A DNA stretch of 64,000 nucleotides from assembly GCA_038817885.1 (NCBI GenBank), contig JAWAZE010000002.1, forward strand, positions 13,862 through 77,861, in the 5' to 3' direction. Both the position numbers and the translations under genes were made by a program. The stretch is from Candidatus Bathyarchaeia archaeon (GTDB lineage: Archaea; Thermoproteota; Bathyarchaeia; Bathyarchaeales; DTEX01). This document shows positions 1 to 9,555 of this stretch, piece by piece (position 1 is the first letter of the stretch; each line of letters starts with the position of its first letter). The notes beneath the pieces were generated by a model that had not been told where the DNA came from, made no database searches, and saw nothing but the letters and a program-made list of their open reading frames with translations.

Positions 1-1028
1 ATTGTTATTGGCCTAGGCTCGGCTTTCATGTAATCTACGGAGTTCTCAAATATTTCACTGTTAACTTTTAATTGGACTGATTGGCATATGTCCATTATAT
101 CGCTGCCGGAGAAACCCTCAGTCATCCTTGCCAGCTTATCTAAGTCTACGTCTGGCGCCAGCCTTAAAGGCTTTGTATACAACTTAAATGCTTCTAGGCG
201 CTCCTTAAATCCCGGTGGGGGGACGTATATTCTCTTCTGAAACCTCCTTATGAATGGTGGATCTAGGTCCCAAGGTTTGTTCGTTGCGCCTACAACATAT
301 ACTCTTAATGGGTTTTTCTTATCTAATATTCCATCCATCTCCTTAAGGAACTGGTTTCTAACCCTCACCTCACCACCAATCTCAAACCGTCTAACGCCTA
401 CCAGCGAGTCAATTTCATCTATGAAGATTATTGCTGGTGAGCTCTTAGCCTCTCTCCTAGCGAGATCAAACAGTCTAGCAACATTCTTTTCAGCCTCTCC
501 AAGCCACTTAGACATTATGGACGCCGCATCAACCGGTATAAACTTAGCCTTAATCTCATTTGCGACGGCCGCCGCCAGTAGAGTCTTCCCACATCCAGGG
601 GGTCCAAACAGAAGTATCCCCCTAGGCCAGCCTAACGGAAATAACTCAGGCCTGAGAGATGGGTATACGATGGCTTCTTTTATAGCCCTCTTCGCATCCT
701 CAAGCCCAACAATTTCATCCCATGTAACTTTAGGCGGCTCCCTCAATATTAGGTCTTCGAAAGCTCCATCACCAGAAACGTCCGAGGTCGCTGGGCTCAT
801 GTGTAAGGAGCATTTGAGGGTCGCAATCCTCTTTTTATAGGCTTCAGCCCTTTGCAAGTATATTTTGTTTAGCTCATAGTCTGGGTTCAACTTAACTATT
901 TTAAGTAGCGCATCCACAGCCTTTTGGTAAGATTCTATGGCTAATCCACTTTTTCCCTGCCTATCCAGCATCACAGCCTTTTCCGCATACTTGAGTGCCA
1001 GATGCTCAAGCTCTTGCGCAGCGCTCAT
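1..1028 (-). CDS. cdvC: Vps4/CdvC AAA+ ATPase with N-terminal MIT domain; C-terminus cut by window edge
   Basis: Absent from the ORF track because it runs off the window. Reverse translation from ATG at 1028 reads MSAAQELEHLALKYAEKAVMLDRQGK (MIT-like helices), then GILLFGPPGCGKTLLAAAVANE (Walker A) and AIIFIDEIDSL (Walker B). The + ORF 250..840 is its antisense shadow. Confidence 0.9.
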   Translation of the reverse strand, partial: MSAAQELEHLALKYAEKAVMLDRQGKSGLAIESYQKAVDALLKIVKLNPDYELNKIYLQRAEAYKKRIATLKCSLHMSPATSDVSGDGAFEDLILREPPKVTWDEIVGLEDAKRAIKEAIVYPSLRPELFPLGWPRGILLFGPPGCGKTLLAAAVANEIKAKFIPVDAASIMSKWLGEAEKNVARLFDLARREAKSSPAIIFIDEIDSLVGVRRFEIGGEVRVRNQFLKEMDGILDKKNPLRVYVVGATNKPWDLDPPFIRRFQKRIYVPPPGFKERLEAFKLYTKPLRLAPDVDLDKLARMTEGFSGSDIMDICQSVQLKVNSEIFENSVDYMKAEPRPIT

Positions 1029-1042
1029 AGCCCTCCCTACAT

Positions 1043-1891
1043 CTACTTAACCCTTATTATACCTTTTCTGCTTAGTGACTCAATAACCTCCATAATTTTG
1101 TCTGGCGGCATGTTTAGCTCCTCAGCACATTTTGACAGACTCAGTTCACCATTGTTTCGCTCAATATAATCAAGGATAAGTTCCTCCATGAGCCTACTCT
1201 GATTATTGCTTCTGGTCTCAATTATTGATCCATCCTCACCTATATAGGCCTCCGCACCGTCAACTGTTAGGGCTATGCGAGGCTTAATAGCGACCATCTC
1301 AGGCGTGGGGGTCTCTTCCGGCGGCTCTGGAATCTTCCTCTCAACCTCGTCTTTAATGAAGTTTAACGCTTCCTTGAGTATTTCCTCGGTGGTCTCATCG
1401 CTTACCACCACAGGCTCACACCTCACTTGGCTTATCTCGGTAGCTGAGAGCAGATCATTTATTGAATTCATAAAGTTATTTAGCTCGGGCATAAGGGATG
1501 GCATAACTTTAGCGAGCAATCCAACTGTATTTTTGACGTCGCTGAAGACGCCCTTAATATCCTGCAGCGTAGGTGTTACGGCCCTAAATGTCTCAAGCCT
1601 TAATATTGTCCTCTCGATTGAGAGCTGAATATTCTGTATAATAGACATGAGCTTTCTTATTTCGGCAATCTCATTTGCGTAAATTATGGCTTTATTCCTC
1701 ATCCCCTTGCCCAGAGATGAGGCGCACTCGCTAAATAGATCCCGCTCTCTCTTAGAGAGCTTAGCATAAGCCAGCTCAAGCCTAGAGTAATATTTCCCAA
1801 GCTCATAAATAGACTCGATAAGCATCTCATTCAAAGACTTCTTTGATCCCCCGAAGAAGACTGCCGGAACCATAATGCCCACCATCACCAA
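1043..1891 (-). CDS. cdvB: CdvB, ESCRT-III (Snf7-like) division protein with C-terminal winged-helix tail
   Basis: 282 aa. Helical ESCRT-III-type core (AEIRKLMSIIQNIQLSIERTILRLET) plus a C-terminal wH-like segment LILDYIERNNGELSLSKCAEELNMPPDKIMEVIESLSRKGIIRV. Sits between cdvA and cdvC as in Sulfolobus. Confidence 0.85.
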   Translation of the reverse strand: MVMVGIMVPAVFFGGSKKSLNEMLIESIYELGKYYSRLELAYAKLSKRERDLFSECASSLGKGMRNKAIIYANEIAEIRKLMSIIQNIQLSIERTILRLETFRAVTPTLQDIKGVFSDVKNTVGLLAKVMPSLMPELNNFMNSINDLLSATEISQVRCEPVVVSDETTEEILKEALNFIKDEVERKIPEPPEETPTPEMVAIKPRIALTVDGAEAYIGEDGSIIETRSNNQSRLMEELILDYIERNNGELSLSKCAEELNMPPDKIMEVIESLSRKGIIRVK

Positions 1892-1901
1892 GGGGTCTTA
1901 T

Positions 1902-2564
1902 TCACTTGTCCGTTATGTGCACGCTTATGGCTGGCTTTTGGTCAAGATTAGTATCGGGGATAATGCCATATTGGAAAGCCAAGCTCGAAATCTTTTCCTT
2001 AATCTTTAGTAGGCTCATTTTCTTGTATGATGCATACTTTAACTCTCTAAGAATTGATAATAATGATTGGCGGAAGACTTCGTCCTTAACATTTCCTACA
2101 CCATGCTCCATTTCTAGGAATGTTCTGGAAAGGTGAAGCACCCTAATTAAATTTTCCTGTTGCTGGATCTCGTCTTCCACCTCTTTTAGAAGGTTCTGCG
2201 CCTCAGCCCTCACCTCGCTAATCAGCTTATCTATCTCCGCGCTCAGACTCTCATAAATCTCGGGTAATATCTCCTTGTTTTTAAAGAGGGATTCAAGGAT
2301 TTCACGCTTCTTAAGCAGTACTGGAATTTTCCCACAAATCTCTTCAACCCGCCCCTCTATGTTGAGGACTAAAGAAATATCCTCTTGGGCGCTCCTCAAC
2401 CTCTCAACCGGATATCTAACCAAAATTTCACTCTTACTTTCAACCAGAACCTCCCTAACATTGCCAGAGGAGTCTATTATAAAGGATACTATCTTACCTA
2501 TCTCCCTGCCATTCTCATCCTTCAAAGTTTTCCCAATTAATGAGGGAAATATCTTATCCATCAA
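1902..2564 (-). CDS. cdvA: CdvA, archaeal division protein (PRC-barrel-like N-terminus plus coiled coil)
   Basis: 220 aa. N-terminal LIGKTLKDENGREIGKIVSFIIDSSGNVREVLVE resembles the CdvA PRC barrel, followed by a long coiled coil and a short C-terminal tail. Lies directly upstream of cdvB. Confidence 0.8.
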   Translation of the reverse strand: MMDKIFPSLIGKTLKDENGREIGKIVSFIIDSSGNVREVLVESKSEILVRYPVERLRSAQEDISLVLNIEGRVEEICGKIPVLLKKREILESLFKNKEILPEIYESLSAEIDKLISEVRAEAQNLLKEVEDEIQQQENLIRVLHLSRTFLEMEHGVGNVKDEVFRQSLLSILRELKYASYKKMSLLKIKEKISSLAFQYGIIPDTNLDQKPAISVHITDK

Positions 2565-2588
2565 ACCACATAACCTCGCAAAATAATA

Positions 2589-3230
2589 TTACTTAGTAAA
2601 TTCGCCTTCCTCCGAACTATCCGCAGCCTTAATGGGCGGAAGCTCCGGGAATATTTCCTTCATTCTCTGCTCAGCCATTAGGGCGGCTTCCTTGAGAATC
2701 CTCTGGGCATCATCGCTCGCAACCTCAAAGTTTGGCGTTATACCAGTGAGTTCACCAGCCTCAACGATGAGGTCGTTGAGGACAGAGCCGATTTGATCAA
2801 GCTCCCTCCCAGCGTTTGGTAGAAGACCGCTTAATCCCGCGCGGACATTTTCAAGAACCTGCATTGCCGGAGCCAATGTCGATACGACATTACCGAGCTG
2901 GCTTACGGTCCTAAGCCTTAACACAACCCTCTCAAGCGCCAATACAGCGTTCATCATAAAGTTTGCCATTTTCCTTAACTCGGCAAGCTCGTTCGCTAGA
3001 ACCCGCGCCCTCTGCACTTGATGTTTAGAGAACGCCTCAACAATTTTGGAGAAGAGATACCTGTCTCTCTCACCTAAGCGATTTAAGGCATCCTCAATAT
3101 ACTGTATTTGAGTCTCGATCCGCTTAATGGCTAGCTCAACCCTATTTCTAAGTGGCTCCGAGGGACTCAGTATACCTTTAATGCCCTTAAGCTCGCCTTC
3201 CTCCCACTTTTTAGCAAATCTCGTCGACAT
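2589..3230 (-). CDS. ESCRT-III/Snf7-family protein (CdvB paralog without winged-helix tail)
   Basis: Helical ESCRT-III pattern (ANELAELRKMANFMMNAVLALERVVLRLRTV) and an acidic C-terminus. I place the start at ATG 3230 (MSTRFAKKWEE); the longer ORF-track start at 3320 adds a Cys/Leu-rich, unlikely leader. Confidence 0.75.
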   Translation of the reverse strand: MSTRFAKKWEEGELKGIKGILSPSEPLRNRVELAIKRIETQIQYIEDALNRLGERDRYLFSKIVEAFSKHQVQRARVLANELAELRKMANFMMNAVLALERVVLRLRTVSQLGNVVSTLAPAMQVLENVRAGLSGLLPNAGRELDQIGSVLNDLIVEAGELTGITPNFEVASDDAQRILKEAALMAEQRMKEIFPELPPIKAADSSEEGEFTK

Positions 3231-3614
3231 ATTCTTCACGCTCAGCCTCAAATACAATGGCTGAGAAGTGAATAGTTTTAAACTTGTTAATACGCTTAAA
3301 ACATCACTACATATACACATTTAACATACCTTCACACATGCTTAAGCGGGTAATTATGATTATCAAGTGTAAAAGTTTGTGGATGGGATGGCTATTATTT
3401 ACAAAATAAAATCATTTTTTATGAAGAGCATTTAAAGTACTTTAATACAGCTGTGTAAATTTTTGGCTTTGCTATAAAGATTCCTGAGAACTCTTCTCGA
3501 TGACCGCAAAAACGAACTCTTAGCTAAATAATGAAAACTTTTCTTCAACAATCCCTTAGAGATTCCTTTAAGATATTTTTATTATATTTTATATTTTAAT
3601 ATTGAGGTGATGGA

Positions 3615-4895
3615 TTGAGCTCGGCAAAGAGTTCCGCCATCTCTGGCTTCTATAAAATGAGTATTGATGAGAGACTTAAGTTTGTTAAAGACTTCGCCGG
3701 CTTAACTGATGAGGAGGTTAATATGCTTAAAGCCCCGAGCCCGCTCAGCCTAGACTTAGCCGACCGGATGATAGAGAATGTTATAGGGATTTTCCCGATG
3801 CCCATGGGTGTGGCCGTAAACTTCCTGATTAACGGTAAAGATTATCTTATACCAATGGTTATTGAGGAACCGTCCGTTGTTGCGGCTGCCAGCCACGGCG
3901 CCAAGATGATGAGGAGTAAGGGCGGAATATTTACCAGCAGCACTGAGCCAATAATGATTGGACAGATACAGGCGGTAAAGATAAAGGATCCATATAGGGC
4001 CAGAATGGCGATTTTAGATGGGAAAGAGGAGATATTGAGGAAAGCTAATGAACAGAGTCCAATTCTTGTCTCGGTTGGCGGAGGCGCCAAAGACTTAAGG
4101 GTTAAGGTCCTCGAGACGTTTAGGGGGCCAATGGTTATAACTGAGCTGCTCGTCGACTGCAGGGATGCCATGGGCGCCAACGCCGTTAACACAATGTGTG
4201 AGGCTGTCACACCATTAATAGAGAAGATGACTGGCGGCAAAGTTTACCTCAGAATAATTTCAAACCTTGCTACTGAGAGGCTTGCAAGGGCGTGGGCCGT
4301 TGTTGACAAGAATGCTGTCGGCGGAGAAGAAGTCGTTGACGGCATAATTGACGCTTACGCCTTCGCTGCCGCAGATCCATATAGGGCTGCAACTCACAAT
4401 AAGGGTATCCTGAATGGAATAATAGCCGTAGCCTTGGCAACATGCAACGATCATAGAGCTATTGAGGCTGGCGCCCACGCATACGCCGCTAGGACCGGGC
4501 GCTATATGCCGCTAACAGTTTGGGAGAAGAATGAGGATGGGGATCTGGTCGGATCAATTGAGATGCCGATGGCAGTAGGCATAATTGGTGGGGCGACGAA
4601 GGTTCACCCAATAGCGAAGATAGCCCTGAAGATTCTCGGCGTTAAATCCGCTAGGGAGCTGGCTGAGGTTATGGTAGCGGTTGGCTTAGCCCAGAACCTA
4701 GCTGCCTTAAAGGCTTTAGCTACTGAGGGTATACAGAGGGGGCACATGGAGCTACATGCAAGGAATTTAGCCATAATGGCAGGCGCAACTGGCAAGTTAA
4801 TAGACATTATAGCTGAGCAGATGATTAAAGAGCGTAAGATTAGGATGGATAGGGCTAAGGAGCTCCTGCAAGAATATTTAGAGAAGAAATGTTAA
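3615..4895 (+). CDS. hmgA: HMG-CoA reductase, class II (bacterial-type) sequence signature
   Basis: 426 aa. TTG start preceded by GAGGTGA. ENVIGIFPMPMGVAVNF and PMVIEEPSVVAAASHGAKM match class II enzymes rather than the class I TTEGCLVAS pattern. Confidence 0.9.
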   Translation: MSSAKSSAISGFYKMSIDERLKFVKDFAGLTDEEVNMLKAPSPLSLDLADRMIENVIGIFPMPMGVAVNFLINGKDYLIPMVIEEPSVVAAASHGAKMMRSKGGIFTSSTEPIMIGQIQAVKIKDPYRARMAILDGKEEILRKANEQSPILVSVGGGAKDLRVKVLETFRGPMVITELLVDCRDAMGANAVNTMCEAVTPLIEKMTGGKVYLRIISNLATERLARAWAVVDKNAVGGEEVVDGIIDAYAFAAADPYRAATHNKGILNGIIAVALATCNDHRAIEAGAHAYAARTGRYMPLTVWEKNEDGDLVGSIEMPMAVGIIGGATKVHPIAKIALKILGVKSARELAEVMVAVGLAQNLAALKALATEGIQRGHMELHARNLAIMAGATGKLIDIIAEQMIKERKIRMDRAKELLQEYLEKKC

Positions 4896-4944
4896 ATCCT
4901 TCGCTAACAATATATTTTAATCTGAGTCTTTTACCCCTCGTTTA

Positions 4945-6018
4945 TTGAGAGGTAGTGGTGTGGCTAAGATCTTCTTCGTAGTCTCTGGGGAGAACCCAAC
5001 CCTTCCATACTCCGAGGTTAAGTCAATCCTCAGCGCTGAGGGCTATCCATATAAGGCTCTAGGCGAGCTAACGCAAGTCCTAAGGGTTGACGCCGATGTC
5101 AAATGCGTTGAGGCCATTAAGTTTAGATCCGCGCTAACAAGATACTGCTGCCTAGAGATATTCGTATGTAAGGCCGATCTAGATAGAATTATGCTCAACC
5201 TTAGGGAGGTTGACTTCGCTCACTTCATGGGAGACTCTAAGAGCTTTGCTGTTAGGATATTGAGGATTAGGGGTTCATCTCCACACATTAGCTCTCTCGC
5301 CCTGGAGAGGAAAATAGGCGAAATAATATTTGAGAATACGAAGGGGAGGGGCGTGAAAGTTGATTTAAAGAATCCAGATAAAACCTTCTTCGGCCTTTTA
5401 ACAGACGATATCTTCCTTTTTGGCTTAAAACTATCTGAATTAACCCGAAAGGACCTAATGGAGCGAAAACCCAGCAGGAGAGCGTTCTTTCACCCAGCAG
5501 CGTTAACGGCGAAGATGGCCAGGTGCATGGTTAACTTAGCGCAGGCCAAGAGAGGTGATTTAGTTTTAGACCCATTCTGCGGGACTGGAAGCATCTTGAT
5601 AGAGGCTGGGCTGATTGGGTGTAGGGTTATGGGCTTTGATGTTAAGAGATATATGGTTAGGGGGAGCATAAAAAACCTGGATTTCTTTGGTATAAGGCCG
5701 GAGCATGTTGCTGTGGCGGATGCACGTTTTCTGCCATTAGCCGCCGGAAGCGTCGACTGTATAGTAACTGATCCACCATATGGAACAGCTTCAACAACAC
5801 TTGGTCTCGCAGTAAAAGATCTTATAGAGCAGTTCTTTCGCTCGGCAGCAGACGCCCTCAAAAATGGTGGTATGATATGTTTAGCCGCCCCAAAAACTTT
5901 AGGAATTAAAGAGATTGGGGAGAACTACGGATTTAGGCACTTAGAGTCACATTATATATACGTTCATAGGAGGCTCACGCGGGAGATAACCGTCTTTAAG
6001 GGGCCTGGAGGGGTATAG
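4945..6018 (+). CDS. THUMP-domain tRNA guanine-N2 methyltransferase (Trm11/Trm-G10 type)
   Basis: 357 aa. N-terminal THUMP-like region followed by class I SAM-MTase motifs LDPFCGTGSILIEAG and DPPYG. Confidence 0.8.
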   Translation: MRGSGVAKIFFVVSGENPTLPYSEVKSILSAEGYPYKALGELTQVLRVDADVKCVEAIKFRSALTRYCCLEIFVCKADLDRIMLNLREVDFAHFMGDSKSFAVRILRIRGSSPHISSLALERKIGEIIFENTKGRGVKVDLKNPDKTFFGLLTDDIFLFGLKLSELTRKDLMERKPSRRAFFHPAALTAKMARCMVNLAQAKRGDLVLDPFCGTGSILIEAGLIGCRVMGFDVKRYMVRGSIKNLDFFGIRPEHVAVADARFLPLAAGSVDCIVTDPPYGTASTTLGLAVKDLIEQFFRSAADALKNGGMICLAAPKTLGIKEIGENYGFRHLESHYIYVHRRLTREITVFKGPGGV

Positions 6019-6019
6019 A

Positions 6020-6955
6020 TTGAGTTTAAAGATTATTTTCCTAGGAACTGCCGGAAGCCTGCCGACAAATGAGAGATCTCTTCCATCAATCGTCATACAG
6101 CGTGAGGGGGAAATCCTTATGTTCGATTGCGGTGAGGGGACGCAGCGGCAGATGATGAGGGCTGGCATAGGATTTAACCGCAAAATGATCGTCTTCATAA
6201 CGCATATGCATGGAGACCATGTTCTCGGTCTCCCAGGAATGATGCAGACAATGTCTCTTCTCGGAAGAGATAAGCCGCTTAAGATATATGGGCCGCCTGG
6301 AATTAAAGAATTCATAGACGCGGTGACTTCAACTGTGAACTTCTGGCTTGCCTTTCCAGTAGATGTGCATGAAATAAACAGTGAGGGCATAGTGTATGAG
6401 GGCAGGGGCTATGAGGTGCGGGCAGTATGGGCAGATCACTCAATCCCATCGTTAGCCTATGCCTTAGTGGAGAAACTGAGACCCGGAAAATTCTATCCAG
6501 AGAAGGCTATTGCACTTAGAGTTCCAAAGGGCCCCCTATGGTCGAGGCTGCAGAGGGGCATGGACGTAATCCTCCCAAATGGAAGGATTGTAAAACCATC
6601 TGATGTTCTTGGCCCGCCGAGGCCTGGAAGGAAGATTGTTTATAGTGGCGATACAAAGCCTTCAGAAAAGATCGCCGAGCTCGCCAGAGAAGCTGATGTC
6701 CTAATTCATGAGGCGACATTAGGCGACGAGCTACTTGAAAGGGCTGAGGGGGAGGGGCACTCAACGCCAAGTGGGGCTGCAAGGATAGCTCTCAATGCGA
6801 AAGCGAAGCTCCTTATCTTAACACATATAAGCGCGAGATATAGTGGGGCTGATGCTCTACTTAATGGGGCTAAAAAGATATTTCCAGATACTTTTATAGC
6901 TAGGGATCTGGAAGAGATAGAGATTCCGCTTCCACATGCGCCCGGTGAGGGTTAA
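6020..6955 (+). CDS. rnz: Ribonuclease Z (tRNA 3' endonuclease)
   Basis: 311 aa. Metallo-beta-lactamase motif HMHGDHVLGLPG and short-form tRNase Z length. Starts 1 nt after the preceding gene. Confidence 0.9.
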   Translation: MSLKIIFLGTAGSLPTNERSLPSIVIQREGEILMFDCGEGTQRQMMRAGIGFNRKMIVFITHMHGDHVLGLPGMMQTMSLLGRDKPLKIYGPPGIKEFIDAVTSTVNFWLAFPVDVHEINSEGIVYEGRGYEVRAVWADHSIPSLAYALVEKLRPGKFYPEKAIALRVPKGPLWSRLQRGMDVILPNGRIVKPSDVLGPPRPGRKIVYSGDTKPSEKIAELAREADVLIHEATLGDELLERAEGEGHSTPSGAARIALNAKAKLLILTHISARYSGADALLNGAKKIFPDTFIARDLEEIEIPLPHAPGEG

Positions 6956-7743
6956 GTTATTTTTCCAATTAATCCCTTTAGCACTTTTATGCTCTCCTCA
7001 ACATCACTTATTGATTCCACAACTAGCGCCCCATCATATCCAACGCTCACAAGATCTTCCATCAACTTTGGCCAATTTATCTTACCTAGACCTATACCCA
7101 AATGCGAATCCATATCGCCATTATTGTCATGTAGGTGGGCGTGAACTATTTTGTTATGAAGGGACCTTATCATTTCATCCAGCTGCCCACTAATATTTGC
7201 GTGCCCAACATCAAGCACGATCCCGAGCTCTAAGCCCTCATCGCCCAGCTCCTCATAAAACCTTTCGAAATCCTCAACGCTTCTAAGCAGGAAAGGGAAT
7301 GTCTTTGGGGTATTCTCGATGGCTATTTTTAAGCCGTATTGCCTAGCCTCCCTAAGAAGCTCATGAACAGAACCCAAATTTATCTTCCAATCTAGCCCGG
7401 GAACAATATCGCTGATAGCGCTCCTCACGCCTGGATGAAAGACCCAGAACTCTGAACCCAATTTAGCGGAAATATTCATTGATCTCTTAAGCCTCTTCAT
7501 TATTGCATTTCTAATTGATGGCGAGGTGGACGCTATATTTATGTCTGCAAAGGGCGCATGAACCGAGACAGTTAAACCTCTTTCTTCAATAAACTTCTTT
7601 ATAGCTCCTATTTTCCTGCCATCAAGCTCATGAGCTCCCTCATCGACAATCTCTATATGCTCAATTTCAACTTGGCTTAGGATCCGGAGAGTGGACTTTA
7701 ACGGCTTATTAAGGCAGAAGAGCGTAGATAACCCTAGACGCAT
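6952..7743 (-). CDS. Sugar phosphate isomerase/epimerase (xylose-isomerase-like TIM barrel), substrate unknown
   Basis: 263 aa. Pattern VHAPF, WVFHPG, IAIEN, HLHDNNG typical of the AP-endonuclease 2/xylose isomerase-like fold. Confidence 0.7.
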   Translation of the reverse strand: MRLGLSTLFCLNKPLKSTLRILSQVEIEHIEIVDEGAHELDGRKIGAIKKFIEERGLTVSVHAPFADINIASTSPSIRNAIMKRLKRSMNISAKLGSEFWVFHPGVRSAISDIVPGLDWKINLGSVHELLREARQYGLKIAIENTPKTFPFLLRSVEDFERFYEELGDEGLELGIVLDVGHANISGQLDEMIRSLHNKIVHAHLHDNNGDMDSHLGIGLGKINWPKLMEDLVSVGYDGALVVESISDVEESIKVLKGLIGKIT

Positions 7744-7767
7744 GCCTAAGCCTCCTTGGCGAAACTT

Positions 7768-8184
7768 TTATGTTGCTGTTTTTGGCGTTAGCCAATTTAT
7801 TAAGCTTTGCGGATCATCACATATTATCTCAACGCGTATTGGGCCTAGGGGGGACTCGCCGCAGGACTGGGAGAAGGATATGTGGCCGACATACGCTACC
7901 TGCTTATTAAGATAAAAAGTTATCCTGTTCCCTTGAACCCCCCTTAATAAGACTGTTCTGGCAGCGTCGAGTATTCGCTCTCTTCTAAGCAACTCGTAAA
8001 AATGCGTTAGTGCCTCTAATCCACTAGCCATACCAATAAGCCTTTTGTAGTCTCCATCACCAATCAAATCCAAGTTTATGTTTCCTAAAATTCTCTGCAC
8101 CGCAACCTTAACTTTATTAGCGTCCTCAGTTGGGTTGACCTCAACCTTAACTAAAACCTTAACATCTCCTATTTGACCGCTCAT
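7768..8184 (-). CDS. UPF0201-like small putative RNA-binding protein
   Basis: 138 aa. VKVEVNPTEDANKVKVAVQRIL resembles the archaeal UPF0201 N-terminus. Paired with a UPF0200-like kinase gene, the usual archaeal arrangement. Confidence 0.5.
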   Translation of the reverse strand: MSGQIGDVKVLVKVEVNPTEDANKVKVAVQRILGNINLDLIGDGDYKRLIGMASGLEALTHFYELLRRERILDAARTVLLRGVQGNRITFYLNKQVAYVGHISFSQSCGESPLGPIRVEIICDDPQSLINWLTPKTAT

Positions 8185-8779
8185 CTCCTACCACCTTATT
8201 TATAATCTTTTTAACCTCCATCTCCAGTTGCTTAATTGTTCCTTCATTAATAATCATGTAGTCAGCCATAGCTATAACCTCGCCTAAGCCGACGCTAAGC
8301 TCCCTCCTATCACGTACGCAGAATCCCTCCCAGTCCTTTGGGTCATCAGTTCTACCCCTGCTAAGCAGCCGCTTAAATCTAGTCTTAGGCGAGGCATGTA
8401 TGGCCATAACCTTAAAGGACGGAAACTCCCTTCTAAAAAACTCAACTTCATGGGGGCTACGTAAGCCATTAATCACAATAACATCTGCATCCAATTCCAT
8501 AATCTTCCTTATACAGCGCTTAGCTACAGCATCCGGGCCCTCTTCAACTCTAATCTGCAGCATCAACCTACCAAGGTTCTCCGGCGTGGGTTCAAGGTTT
8601 CTACGAGCTGCCTCAGCCCTAACCTCATCACCCATAGTAATAACCGGGAAACCATACCTGCAAATAACCTCTTTAACGGTATCTTTTCCAGCCCCAGGCA
8701 TACCAGCTATACCAATAACTATGGGTGGTCTCTTAAGCGGCAACTTAAGACACGCCCTAAACGGATAGACAATTTTCAT
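8159..8779 (-). CDS. P-loop nucleotide kinase-like protein (UPF0200 / adenylate- or dephospho-CoA-kinase-like)
   Basis: 206 aa. Walker A GIAGMPGAGKDTV. Overlaps the downstream UPF0201-like gene by 26 nt. Confidence 0.6.
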   Translation of the reverse strand: MKIVYPFRACLKLPLKRPPIVIGIAGMPGAGKDTVKEVICRYGFPVITMGDEVRAEAARRNLEPTPENLGRLMLQIRVEEGPDAVAKRCIRKIMELDADVIVINGLRSPHEVEFFRREFPSFKVMAIHASPKTRFKRLLSRGRTDDPKDWEGFCVRDRRELSVGLGEVIAMADYMIINEGTIKQLEMEVKKIINKVVGDERSNRRC

Positions 8780-8971
8780 ATATTGCGTAAAGGCAAAAGA
8801 ATATTATGTGAGCAAAGATTTAAAGGGTTTTCACATTAAGCTGCTATGGAGATGACCTCATAAACTTTATCGCCTAAAATTTATAAGAGGGCATCAGGTA
8901 ACGGGTAATAAGGATTTTATTTTTGGATTACATTTAATAGCGTGTTTAGTGGGGGTTTAGCTGATTTGGGG

Positions 8972-9526
8972 ATGATCCGCAGCTTCATTGCAATTGATAT
9001 TGAGGATGAAAATGTTATCAGGGAGCTATGTAAAGTTCAGTCCGCTCTCCTCGAATCTGGTGCAGATATAAAGCCTGTTGAGAACGAGAACATTCATGTA
9101 ACGATAAGGTTTTTAGGGGAGATACCATCAGCGATGATTGAAAAAGTTTATAGTGAGATGAATAAGATTGTTTTCTCGCCTTTTGATATTGAGATCAAAG
9201 GTTTAGGGGCATTTCCAAATATAAGACATGTAAACGTCATTTGGGCTGGTATTGGAAGAGGGGCGAATGAACTAAGAAATATATATTATCAGCTTGAACC
9301 AAACCTCCAGAAACTGGGCTTAAAACCCGATGATAAGGGTTTCAGCCCACATATAACGATAGCTAGGGTCAAGAGCGGTAGAAAGAGGGAGGAACTCGCG
9401 CAGATAATTAAGAGGTATGAGGATTATAAGTTCGGCGTCATTAAGGCTAGGTGCTTAAGACTTAAGAAGAGCGTATTAACATCACGTGGGCCAATCTACT
9501 CAACATTAAAAGAAGTATGCCGCTGA
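8972..9526 (+). CDS. thpR: RNA 2',3'-cyclic phosphodiesterase (2H family, ThpR/LigT)
   Basis: Two HxT motifs (HVTIRFLG and HITIARV) at 2H-family spacing. ATG at 8972 (MIRSFIAIDI) is preferred over the upstream GTG at 8942. Confidence 0.85.
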   Translation: MIRSFIAIDIEDENVIRELCKVQSALLESGADIKPVENENIHVTIRFLGEIPSAMIEKVYSEMNKIVFSPFDIEIKGLGAFPNIRHVNVIWAGIGRGANELRNIYYQLEPNLQKLGLKPDDKGFSPHITIARVKSGRKREELAQIIKRYEDYKFGVIKARCLRLKKSVLTSRGPIYSTLKEVCR

Positions 9527-9555
9527 AATGATACTTCCCAGCCGAGGCATAAAAT

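Noticed and set aside
250-840. 196-aa + strand ORF, along with many other 60-180-aa ORFs in the track lying antisense to long genes (for example 1275..1628, 3842..4240, 15821..16171, 29830..30357, 39303..39830, 45329..45877, 46660..47303, 55445..55894).
   Set aside because: Each lies entirely inside a well-supported gene on the opposite strand. Their low-complexity Ser/Leu/Pro/Arg-rich translations are typical of antisense shadows. The 250..840 ORF is the shadow of cdvC/Vps4.
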